Positions 53,348-64,000 of a stretch of DNA of 64,000 bases are shown piece after piece (the first letter of the stretch is position 1; each line of letters begins with the position of its first letter). This stretch comes from Geosiphon pyriformis uo1 (taxonomy: Eukaryota > Fungi > Glomeromycota): positions 445,556-509,555 of the forward strand of contig JAAOMT010000518.1 in the NCBI GenBank assembly GCA_016748015.1, in the 5' to 3' direction. The position numbers and the translations under genes are program-made. The notes below the pieces were generated by a model. The model saw nothing but the letters and a program-made list of their open reading frames with translations, searched no databases and was not told the DNA's origin.

Positions 53348-53704
53348 CTAGTCCAATATGGTATTGGTTTTAGATAACCAGTCATTTCCTATTAATGCCT
53401 GATATTGGATTGCTTTCATCACTAGAACTTTGATAAGAATGATAATGCCATTGACTTCAAAAGAAAAGTCATCAATCTCACCAATGAGAGTTTTGGTTGC
53501 TCCATTAGTGGTTATGATCCTGGCATTGGCAGCACGATCAACTCGGTGACTTAATTGGTCCATGAATTGTTTTGTAATGATGCTGTCAGCTAATCTACTG
53601 TCTAGGATCAGTTTGATAGAATGGCCATCAACTTTGACATCAGTATACATAGCAGTAATAGGTTTTTCTTCCAGAGTGACTTTATTAAATAATGGCGTGG
53701 TCAA
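53348..53704 (-). pseudogene. Aspartic protease domain of element E
   Basis: VDGHSIKLILDS(R) is a decayed DSG active site; QALIGNDWL follows. Confidence 0.85.
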
Positions 53705-54279
53705 TGGTTCTTCGAGTTCAAATAGGAAGATAGTGTCCAGTGATTTATTCTTGGTAATGGTAGCTGGCAGAATGTTGCTGGTAAGTGTTGGGTGTTGGTG
53801 GGTTTCCAGATTATTGGGTTGAGCATCTTCTAGGATAATCAGTAGACTTAAATAGTTCTGGAAATTTGGGTTTTGGGTATACCTGGTGCCTGAATTCTAT
53901 TGTCAAGATCTTGCTGGTTGTATAAAAGAACTGAAGATTGGTTGGTAGACTACCATCGACAATCTCCAGCTTTATTGGATCAATCTCGGCTTTTGGGTTC
54001 CGTTTTAAGGTAAGTTTTGTGGTAGTGTTTGAATTTGTTGGGGCTGATAGATTACTTAAGGCTGTGGCTAATAAATGGGTTGTGGCTGTGGCTGATAAAT
54101 TGCCAGTATCATTGGTTAATAAATTGGCATTTGATATACTGGTGGTTGATAAGGTGGCTGCTGCATTATAGGTAAGTAATTCTGATGATATGGCTCTGAG
54201 TTTGGTGGGTTATTTGGAATTTGGAATTGGCAATCGGGGTTTTGATATTGATTTCCCAATTATTGGTTATTTAAGCAAT

Positions 54280-55336
54280 GACAGCAATCAATTTGTAGGT
54301 GCCCTTGTTTACCACAATAGTGGCAAACATGCATTTCCTGTTGCCACTGTTGATTGGTTGACAATGATGAATACGACTGATTCTGGAAATAATTCATGTT
54401 TCCAGAATTATTGTGTTATTGTGGTGGTTGATAAATTGCGCAATTGTCAGCTAAGTATCCCTCTAATTTCTAATTGATGAAATTACTAAATTGTTTCAAT
54501 TTGGATTCCAATTCAGATGATCCATTTATTACTAGATTAATGGCTTGGGTGTGGTTGGCTTCTAATTTAGTGGCTTTAAAATCTCTAGCATTTGTGATAG
54601 CTGCTTGTAAATCAACAGGATGCATTGGATGTACATATTGCAAGATGCTGCTGCGTAATCCATGAATAAACTGATTTAGGATCTGGGCCACTGTAAAATA
54701 ATTGGCATTGATGGCTTGGATCTGACACAGATTCCTGTGGAAGCATCCTAAGTAAGTAGTGACTGCTTCATTTTCTCCTTGTTTAATGGTAGTAAAGGTG
54801 TTTACTAGCCTGTTAATGCTGTTATTGTTGCTGAAGTATCTTAAAAACTCAATTTTAAATGCATTAAAATCTTGAGGTTTGTTGATTAGGCTTTGATATC
54901 ATGAATTAGTAGTATCTTAGAGAAAATATGAGATGGCTTGCATGGCTCTGGCGTCATTTCATCCATTAGCCATTATGGTTTTTTCTACATTGTTAAGCCA
55001 TACTTGGGCATTGTCCTCTTCGCTGGTGAATTTCTCAAGTTTTGCTATTAAAGCATAGGCCATTAGATCCAAGTTTGGTTGTTGAAGTTGTTGTTGTGGC
55101 TGTGGAAATGGCTGCTGTGGTAGTTGAGGTGGTTGAAGTGGCTGTTGTTGCTGTTTGTTGATTGGTAGAGCTGGGGATGGATTGATCACAATTACTGGAG
55201 ATAAGTGTTGTTGATTATTAATGTCAGAATTTTGATTGTTCTGATTGTGCTGTGTTTGAAAATTTGGAGTTTCAATTTCTGGATTTTCTAAATTTAGATT
55301 TTGCTGAGTCTGAAAGTTTGGGGTTTCAATTTTCAA
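54280..55336 (-). pseudogene. gag (capsid plus CCHC nucleocapsid) of element E
   Basis: IAKLEKFTSEED, WL..VEK, IKQGENEAVTTY, QFIHGL and a CX2CX4HX4C knuckle; Q/P-rich N-terminal region. Confidence 0.85.
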
Positions 55337-56109
55337 ATTTTCAGTGATCAGATTTTGGTAAGTAAATTCTTGATCTTCAGATTCTTCTTCCTCTTTTTCT
55401 TGGTCTTTTTCTGATTCTGTTACTTCTTAGAGACTCACAGTTCTGAAATTTGGTTGGGATAGTGGAGATTGGAGTTCTGATAGCATAGGCAATCAAAACT
55501 TAAATTCTTCGAAATATGTGCTGTATGGTCCTAGAAAATCTTCTTTCCTTTGTTTACTCTAAAATGGAAATCATCCAAAGGTTGATGTTGTGTTTGATGT
55601 GTATGTGTCTGTTGATGTAATATTGATGGTACTTCCAGGTATATAATAGTATGATAGATTAGTTGGTAATTTGACTCTTGTTTTTTTCCAAGTGGATGGT
55701 TGTATCCTTTGAGATGTTACTGCTGGTGTTTGTAATTTTCTTTTGCCTTTGTTTGTGTAGATAATTGGATATCTTTGTTGAGTGTGAATTTTAATTTCCT
55801 TATTGATTTCAGTGAGGATTGCTGTGAAATTGTAATTTGTTGGTAGGCTGGTATTCTGGATTAATTTGTTGTAGAAGTTTCCTTTGGCTGAGTCAATTTC
55901 TACTGGGACTCCTAGTAAATATGAGATTCTTTTGTGAACATAGAAATTAAAAACTGATTCTGCTGATAAGTGGTTGTTGGTTAATCCTAAATGTTGACAG
56001 TAGTGTTAAAATAAGAATTTCACGAATCCTAAATAGTTTGTCCCTGTTTCTTCGGATTCTGCCACTGTTTGGATGGGTGTTGTTGGTGCTGGTTCTCTGT
56101 AGGATTATA

Positions 56110-56126
56110 CCTTACAGGGAGCACCA
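56110..56126 (-). promoter_or_regulatory. Primer binding site TGGTGCTCCCTGTAAGG (element E)
   Basis: Begins TGG 2 nt after the 5' LTR. An identical 17-mer occurs at 43782-43798. Confidence 0.85.
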
Positions 56127-59100
56127 AATGTTACAGATAATTATTTGGGGTCTTAAATTAAATAACAAATTTGTAACTTAGTGCTCAATATCTACTCTAA
56201 TGGCTGATAGTGGTAATATTGGTATGTTGTCTTTATCTGAAGGTTTTGATTGAGAGTTCTTTGTATAATGAACAGAAATTCAATAATGATATAGTTGGTT
56301 GGTGAGTTGTGTTCCCAATTTCTGTTTTCAGCTTGGTGGCCAGTTTATTCTGGCATTTATGCTCTTCTAGTAAGCTATTTATTAATATATATATAATTGT
56401 TACCCTTATTTCTGGGTTTTTAATTAGACTATCTATGACATCAATTACTCAGCACTTTTAATCCCTAATCAGTTAGTATACAACAATAAAATCAAGAAAA
56501 AAAAATAAAAGAAGAAAAATAAAGAAATAAGCCAAGGCAATGCGCAAGTTAGGATCTGCCAATAGCTGTAATCAAGAGCTATTGTTCCAGTATAGTTAAG
56601 TATCAATTGCTATCAACATAAAGTGTTGATAATAAAGAGTAAATTGAAATGATGAATAATTATTTATTTAATATTTGTAAATGGAAAGTTGCTTAGATGA
56701 AATTTAAACTAAAAGGTCTCTAATAGAAGGATTCTGCTTTTTTTCTACTTCTAACACTACTGCTATATATACATAATTAATGTTCTATGAGATTGCTCAC
56801 ATTTCTGAGCAATGTGCTATGATTTCTTGAGCAATGCTTACATTGTAGAACAATGTGCCCTAGTTTTCTAATATCACTCCACATTGCTGAGCAATATGCC
56901 ATATTTTCTGACATTGCTTTATATTGCTAAGCAATGTGCTGTGATTTCTGTCATTGTTCTATATTGTTGAGCAATGTGCTCATGTACTACATACTATTCA
57001 CTTATTGGTCTACTATTTCTCTATATCTGTTTTCTTTTTATGAGTAACAGCATTGTCAGGTGTCCACTTCTCTGTTTCAGGAAGTTCAATCTCACAAGTT
57101 AAAGCTTCTTTTATTTTTTCAAGCTCAGAGATCAAGTATCTTCTTTTATAAAATAATTCTCATTCCTCCACACTTTTTTCAAGCCCTGCCCGAGATGAAT
57201 TAATTCTTTTTTGTAAAATTTTTTTCTTAGGCAGGGTGTAGAAATAGGAATGTTTAGTTTTAATTGAACTTTTGCCCATCCCTTTCTTCCCCTTATCTCT
57301 ATATTTTATCTCTTTTCTATTAATTATAATTTCTATTTGAGATGTTGATTTTTGAATTGTTTCAAATAATTGTTTAGATAATTTTAAAATTTGATCTGAA
57401 AAGTCCATGTTGAAATTTCTATCGTTTCTTATTGCTTTTTGAATGCTATATATATTTGAATTCTCCAATTTAATTTGCTGTACATTGTCTACGTTTCGAT
57501 GATAATGATTGGTTCTAGATCTTGTGATATATCTTCTGGTCTGATTAATAAAATTTGTGTTCCTAGTTGAGATACTGATGATGATGATTCCTACTTTGCA
57601 TGATAAATTTTTAACTGATTTCCATGTGCTACTTTCTTTAAAATCCTGTCTTCCAATCATAATTTGTAAGCTCCATTTCCTAATGCTTTGTGTATGTGGA
57701 ATGAACTGTCCCACTTTGGGTCAAACTTTCCACTCCACTGTTTCTCAGCTTTTGTACAATGTAACAGTACTTGGTCTTTAATCTTGAATTTTATTGGTTG
57801 TTTTGGTAGGCATTTATCATGTCTTTCATTTTGTCATTTTTAAGCATGACTAATATTGTCAGCTGCTGTTCTTTAATTGTTTTTTAATGTTTCCATTAGC
57901 TGGTACATTCTTTGGTGTAAGGTAGCTTCAAAATTCTCTTTGTTGATTGTTTCTGTTGGGTATAATAGTATCACTTGTTCAATTAGTAACGTAGTTTTTT
58001 TTCTATAGACTAGTTCAAACGGTGTGAACTGAGTCATATCTTGTTTTAATGTTTAGTATGCAAAAAGTACAGAAAATATGAATAAGTCCCATTCTTGTCT
58101 GTTTTCATGACTTATTTTTGCTAGTGCTTTATACAGTGTTTTGTTAAATTATTCTACCAGTTCATTCATTTGTGGGTGGTATGATAACAACAAGAGTTTT
58201 TTTATTCCAAACTATTGGCTTAGTTTAGTTAGTGTATTATTAACAAAGTGTGTTCTCTGATCAGATAATAATTCTTTCAGGCATTTATGCTGACAAATTA
58301 AGTCTTGATGCACAAATTCAGCTACTGTTTTGGCATTGGCTATTTGGATTGCTCTGGCTTCTGGCCATTTTGTAAGATAGTCTATGGCTACAGCAATATA
58401 GCAATTTCCTTGAGATGTAATTGAGAAAGATCCGACCAAATCAATCCCAATTCTATCAAATGGATTTTCAACTGGAATGGATTGAAGTGGTTCTGTTGAT
58501 TTTGCTCCTCCTCTTCACTGACATGAGTCATAATTGAGCACATATTCAAAAATGTCTTTGTACATTGTTGGCCAATAATATAAGTTTAGAGTTCTTTCGA
58601 GGGTAGCATCTTTGTTAAAGTGTCCTGCAGTCAGATCTGAGTGCATGCTATATAATATAGTTTCTCTTTCACTGTCCATGATTAATTATTGTGGGGTGGA
58701 GTGGTTTCAACATTCTCATCAATATAATTGGTTGTCTTGAATAAAATAATTTCAGACTTGTTTTCGTATAGTACTTTGTTCCTGTTGAGATAATATCTCC
58801 TTGAAACATAGTGTCAATAGGTACTAATGTAAACGTTGATAAGTGAGTGTGTCCATGGGTCTGGGATTAGGTTTGTGGTATTCTTGACAAACTGTCAGCA
58901 TTGGTGTTCTTGGATTCTTTTTTGTAATGAACTTTAAGGAGGAATTGTTGTAAATAAGTACTCCATCTCGCATATTTTTCTTCTAGTTGTGGATTGTTGA
59001 GTAATTAAATAAGTCTTTTGTGGTTGGTATATAAATCAAATGGTTGACTGAGGTAATGTTTCCAAGTCTGTACAGCCCAATAAATGGCAAGACATTCCAG

Positions 59101-60689
59101 ATCTGTTGTGCTGTAATTTTTTTCTGCTGGACTCATGCTGCAACTAGTGTAGGCAATTGGATGTTTTCTATTGTCCAGTCTTATTTGTAATAAAACTGCT
59201 CCTAGAGCATTTTTTGAGATGTCCATAGTAACAATGAATCATTTAGTGAAATCTGGGTAAGTCAGAATGGAAAATGTGATCAAACGCTGCTTAAGATAGT
59301 CGAATACTTTCTGTTGATCTTTTTTCCACAAATATGGTACATATTTGGACAATAAATAATGGAGTGGTTTTGTGATGTTCAAAAAACCTTTGACAAATCA
59401 ACAATAATATCCTGCCAATCCTAGAAATTCTCATAATTCTCTGAAGTTAATTGGAGCTGAAAAATCCTTGACTTTTTGGATCTTATCTGGATCGGACTTG
59501 ACTCCATTTTTGCCAATTACATGTCCTAGGAACTTTAACTCTGTTTTTCTAAAGAAGCATTTATCGAGATTGAGTTTCAATCTGGCACTATGAAGGCATT
59601 CGAAGACTTGTTGTAGATGGAGCAAATAATCATTGAACGTTTTAGAGAAGACATTGGTGTCATCTAGATATACTATGACTGATTTCCATAAGATTCCTTT
59701 GTATATGATATCTATGAGACATTAGAATGTAGCAGAAGCATTACAGAGTCCAAAAAGCATTACATTAAACTTGAAGTTTCTATTTTGGATGGTGAATGCT
59801 GTTTTTTTTTTGTCTTTGGAGTTTATTTCAACTTGCCAATAACCACTTGCTAAATCTAATGATGAGAACTATTTCTTTTTTCCTAGATTGTCCAGAATTT
59901 CTTGGATGAGGGGCATGAGATAACTATCTTCTCACATGATGCTATTTAGTTTTTGGTAATCTACACAGAATTGCACCTTTCTGTTTTTCTTGGTGACCAA
60001 GACTACTGAAGAGAACCAAAGACTTAGTGATTCTTTGATTAAGCCATTGTCAAGCATTCATTGGACTTCTTGTTTGATAAGATTGTCACCAAATAGGGGT
60101 ACTCAGTAAGCTTGTTGTTTAATAGGTTAAGCATTTCTCATATCAATCTAATGCTTTATAATGTTGGTGCGTCTGAACTCATTTTCGCTGGCAAAAACAT
60201 CAGCATACTAATTCAAAAAGATCTTGAGTTGCATTTGCTGCAGGATACTTAAGTTTCCTAAATTCAATTTATTGATCTCCTCTGATATAAACAAGTAACT
60301 TTCTTTTGGCAAATTCCATACTTGTAAGGTAATGTCGCAAAATAAGAATAGTTGTGCGAAATCTAAAATGGACTGGGGTTTTTTGGGATGTTGAATGTCT
60401 GGTGAGATGGAACCAACAAGGGTTCTTTTGGGGATTTCAATTACATCTTCTGTGGGATTGTGGATGGGGATTTTGAAGTGTTTATGGGCTTTGGCCAGCA
60501 GGTATAAGTTAGCAACATTGGCTAGAAAACAGATTTTAGGATTGGCTTTAAATAACAGAGCTTGATCTTGGATCTTTTGATTCACTTTGAGAAGGTATTG
60601 TCAGTAAGGGGGAATGGAGATGACTGTGTTGGTGTAGATAAGTTCTACCTGGTTACTGTCTTTTTCTGTGAAGTTGATTGGTATATTTT

Positions 60690-61075
60690 CTCTTTCATTT
60701 GATCCAAATCCATTGATTCCTTGGGCAGTGAGGCCTAATTCTTCTTGGATTGTTACCAGGGTTAATTGAAGTATTTTGACTAGGGGTAGGAAAATAGCTT
60801 GGGCAATCTTTTCTTGTGATTCTATTTTGTAGGGTCTGTCCAAATTGTTCTGTAGCATTATGATAATGTTTCTCATATAACTGGCATCAATGATTCTTCT
60901 TTTTACATCAATTCCTTTTTTGGCTAGACTAAATTGAGAGGCAACTTGTACCATTGTGCTAATAAAAATTTCTAACACTATCTTAAGATCTATTTTTACA
61001 AGGGAATGTAAGGCTATAATTATGGGTGATTGTCCAAAGTATTGTAGGTCGAAACCAGCATCAGTGTCATGTGTT
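60690..61075 (-). pseudogene. Trimeric dUTPase domain in pol of copy F
   Basis: HDTDAGFDL, ASQFSL, IIDASYMRNI, EKIAQAIF, QGINGFGSN. Confidence 0.9.
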
Positions 61076-63570
61076 CTTTTAGAGCAGATTCCTTCTTTGT
61101 TGTCACTATACTATTTTAATTTTAATTCTTTGGATAGGTCAGGATATGTGAAGTACTGCTCTGTTTTGGTAGCCTCATTAGGCTTTTGTAATGGCATGTC
61201 CTCAATTATTAACTCAGCTTCTTTTTCAGGTTTTAATAGCTTGTCAATAGGGTGTAATATTCTTGGCAGTGGATTAAACATGAGGTCATATTCATTGCAA
61301 TACTGGAAATGGCAAGGAATTAGGCAATGATTACATAATTTTATGTTTAGGTCAGCTAGTCTTTGTTCCTGTTCTTCTTGGGTCAGGACCAATTCTTGGT
61401 AATGGTCTTGAAATGCATCTAGGTCATCAGTGAAAAAATCTTTGGTGATGTAATCAGGTCCTTCGTATTTGGGTACAAATGGGTTTTCTTTGATTTCTCG
61501 TATTTTGCTGAGTGTGGCACCTTCAGATTTGGCACTGGCCATTCTCCATATTTCATGCTCATTGTGCAGATAACTGTCCAATCAATTAAGTGCTTGTCTC
61601 CAGGTGTCCTCAATTGGAGTTTCTTTTCATACCCAATCATTGATTAAGATAGTATATTGACATGCTTTGTCATATGTCCCTTTTCTGCCAGATACATCAT
61701 TCCAGAATCTTTCATCTGGCAGGATCTCATTACAGACAAGGCATGGTGTACTGTTCTATTTGCCTTGTTATTTTGGTTTTCTGAATCTTTTCATTATGCA
61801 TGGTCTGCAATAATATTTTGTGGTAGTTGGCTATTCTTCATTATCTCCTATACACATGTCCATGGAGAATAACTTTTTCCCACAGTCAACACAGTTTAAT
61901 TTCAGGGTTTGATACTATTGACTTCCTTGACTTGGGGCAGAATAGCCTGCAGGTGCCAATTGTAGTTCTTTTGCTTTTTTCTTTTCTTTTTCTTCTCAAG
62001 TTGGTGGTGGGGGTAACTTTGTTTGAAAATTGTCCACCCATAAAACTTGATAGGTTTCTATGGTTAGTGGTGGTGTTATGTCTTCAAATTCAATTAGCAG
62101 TTTCTCCGAGCTTTGAGCTTGAAAGTGTCCGCACATAGCTGGGACTTGGGCATGTTGTCCATTAAAGGTGATTTGTAATTTCTGTGTGTTCCAGTCAAGA
62201 GTGGCATGGGCTTTGGCCAACCAGTCATTTCCAACAAGAGCTTAATATTGTGTGGCTTCCATGACCAGGACATTAGTAGGAATTCTGTTGATCTTAAAGG
62301 GGAAATTATTAATTTCTTCAATAGAAGTCTTGGTATTGCCATCTGTAATGATAATTCGGGCAGTTGTGGCATAATCTACTCAGTGATCTAATTGATCCAT
62401 AAGTTGTTTTGTTATTATACTGTCTGCTGAACTGCTGTTTAGAATTAACTTAATATATATGTTTCCAACTCTAGCATTAGTGTACAGAGCTGTGATTGGT
62501 TTATCTTAATTAATGGCAACTCTACTAAAAAGGCTAGTAATGTTCAGGTGGTTAATATTGAAGAGAAATATGGCAGCAAGAGTGGTGTCTTCAGTAATGA
62601 TGGCAGATGAAATGGTATTGTTGATTTGCTTTCACCTCAAAGAGTTGGAAGTCTCTCCTACATCTTTTTCTTCTAAAGGTATAGAACTATAAAAATCCTG
62701 ATTTTCAGTGAGACCAAGATATGAGGATTGGTTAGGGTATCCAGCTGGTGCTGGTTGAGATGGGGCATTATTACGATTTAGGAATCATGATGGTATACTG
62801 TTAGTTGGCCTCTGATTGTTGCTGGAGTTTCTCTATTCTTGGTTGTAATTAATCACACAATGTTTAGATTGGTTATTAATGAGGTTTTGGTATTGGGGTG
62901 CTGCTTGAGCCAGTGGTTATGAAGACTAGCAGTAGGTCTGAGGAGATTGCTGGGTATACTGCATTTGTTGTGAGTATTAAGGCAGTTGATATTAAGACAT
63001 AGGGTATTGGAATACCATGTTTTAAGGGTATTTCGAGTGCTGATATTGATTTCCTTAATTTTGGTTCATTATTTTCTTATGGCAGTCCCAGATGATGTGT
63101 CCAGATTTCTGGCAATAGTGACAATTGCAGAAATTGGATCTCCAAGGTTGTTGTTGTTGCTGGTAATTCTATTGTTGTTGGTATCTGGTGTTATTACTAT
63201 CCTTTTGTTGTGGTGATTGGTAGGATCCTACAGTACTGGCTAAAAATCTCTCAATTTTCTGAATTAATTTCTTACTTAATTGAGTTATTTTTGTGTTGAT
63301 ATTGGATGTTCCATTGATAGCCAAATTAATGGCTTGAATATGGTTAGCCTTTTGTTCTGCTGACTCAAAGAATAACTGCTTCTTGTATGTTTGTTGGATA
63401 AAGGGGTCTTATGGATCAAAGGAAACTGCTTTTTAATCCTTTGACAAATTAGTTAAGAATTTGTGCTACAGTGTAGTAATCCTTTTCAATAATCTGTATT
63501 TGACAAAAAATTTGGTTGAATCATCCAAGATAAGTAGTTATTGCTTCGTAGTCTTTTTGTTTTATGATGC

Positions 63571-64000
63571 TATTACTGGAGGTTTTTGGTCTCTTTTTTT
63601 GAATGCTGTAACTGTTTGTTGGTTGCAAATTCATGTTTTCTAGAAGTAGTTGAACCTCCAATAACTGAATTTATCTTCAAATTATCTCTTATAATTTGAA
63701 CTGCTGGGCTTATAAGTGGAATGGCCAATTCTTTGCCAGTTACTTTATGTAGTTATGTTGTAGTAAATGTTAACTCTTTCCCAAGAATTGCTTGTCTGGA
63801 AGCTCACTAAAAATGTGTAGTTACTTTGCTGTGAAAGTCAACTCTTCTACAAAAATCTCGTCTGTAGGCTACCCTAATGATTGTAATAAGAAAAGAAAAG
63901 AAAAATAAAAGAAATATAAAAGAAATAGGATTTTATCAAGGGAAACGTTTTTTATCCAGACCTGGAATCACTAACAGTTTACTGAAATTGGTAGCTAATC
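63571..64000 (-). mobile_element. Family C LTR (truncated by window end) inserted in gag of F
   Basis: Reverse complement of ~16930-17351; preceded by ATGC. Confidence 0.88.

Larger units (their letters stand above)
46800..57049 (-). mobile_element. Full-length dUTPase-bearing Ty3/Gypsy element E (10,250 bp)
   Basis: 921-bp LTRs at 56129-57049 and 46800-47720; TSD GCAT/GCAT; PBS 56110-56126; PPT aaaaaagagaagataa. Contains gag with CHYCGKQGHLQIDC, protease, Cys-rich region, dUTPase, RT, RNase H, integrase (HHCC, core, FKIGDKVLL) and ORF3. Confidence 0.97.
45361..63570 (-). mobile_element. dUTPase-bearing Gypsy copy F; split by E, with gag interrupted by a family C LTR
   Basis: 3' LTR 45361-46402 (TGTTAC...ATAACA) with PPT. 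ORF3 57408-57050 plus 46799-46417, integrase ~57600-58650, RT/RNase H ~58900-60130, dUTPase ~60690-61075, Cys-rich ~61280-61900, protease ~62200-62500, gag up to 63570. Confidence 0.9.

Noticed and set aside
1-64000. tRNA, rRNA or ribozyme genes; alternative genetic code to explain stops
   Set aside because: No RNA gene was recognised by eye, though a covariance-model search is needed to exclude them. The stops are TAA, TAG and TGA at Gln/Arg/Trp positions, as expected from transitions, and host genes read normally.

Overview
Eukaryotic, AT-rich, repeat-dominated fungal DNA. Gene style and transposon families suggest Glomeromycotina, possibly Geosiphon-like; this is inference. A ~9 kb island holds two convergent, intron-rich housekeeping genes: RPN2 (+, 23491-28125) and UTP21/WDR36 (-, 28187-32268). 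A decayed pogo/Tigger DNA transposon follows (32615-34806). The rest is nested, mutated retroelements: six Ty3/Gypsy copies (labelled A, B, D, E, F, G), two solo LTRs, a truncated LTR of family C, a full-length RNase H-bearing LINE and an old LINE 3' end. D (36827-44552) and E (46800-57049) are complete, with paired LTRs, PBS, PPT and perfect 4-bp TSDs. The most notable system is the Gypsy architecture: gag, protease, an unknown Cys-rich region, a dUTPase with all five motif positions plus a second dUTPase-like fold, RT, RNase H, integrase, then a conserved ~210-aa ORF3 ending DFx(G/R)AQx-stop just before the PPT. The elements also show a shared PBS, VYAT-like target sites, modular LTRs and extreme C>T/G>A transition bias. 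All translations and alignments were done by eye; no database searches were run.
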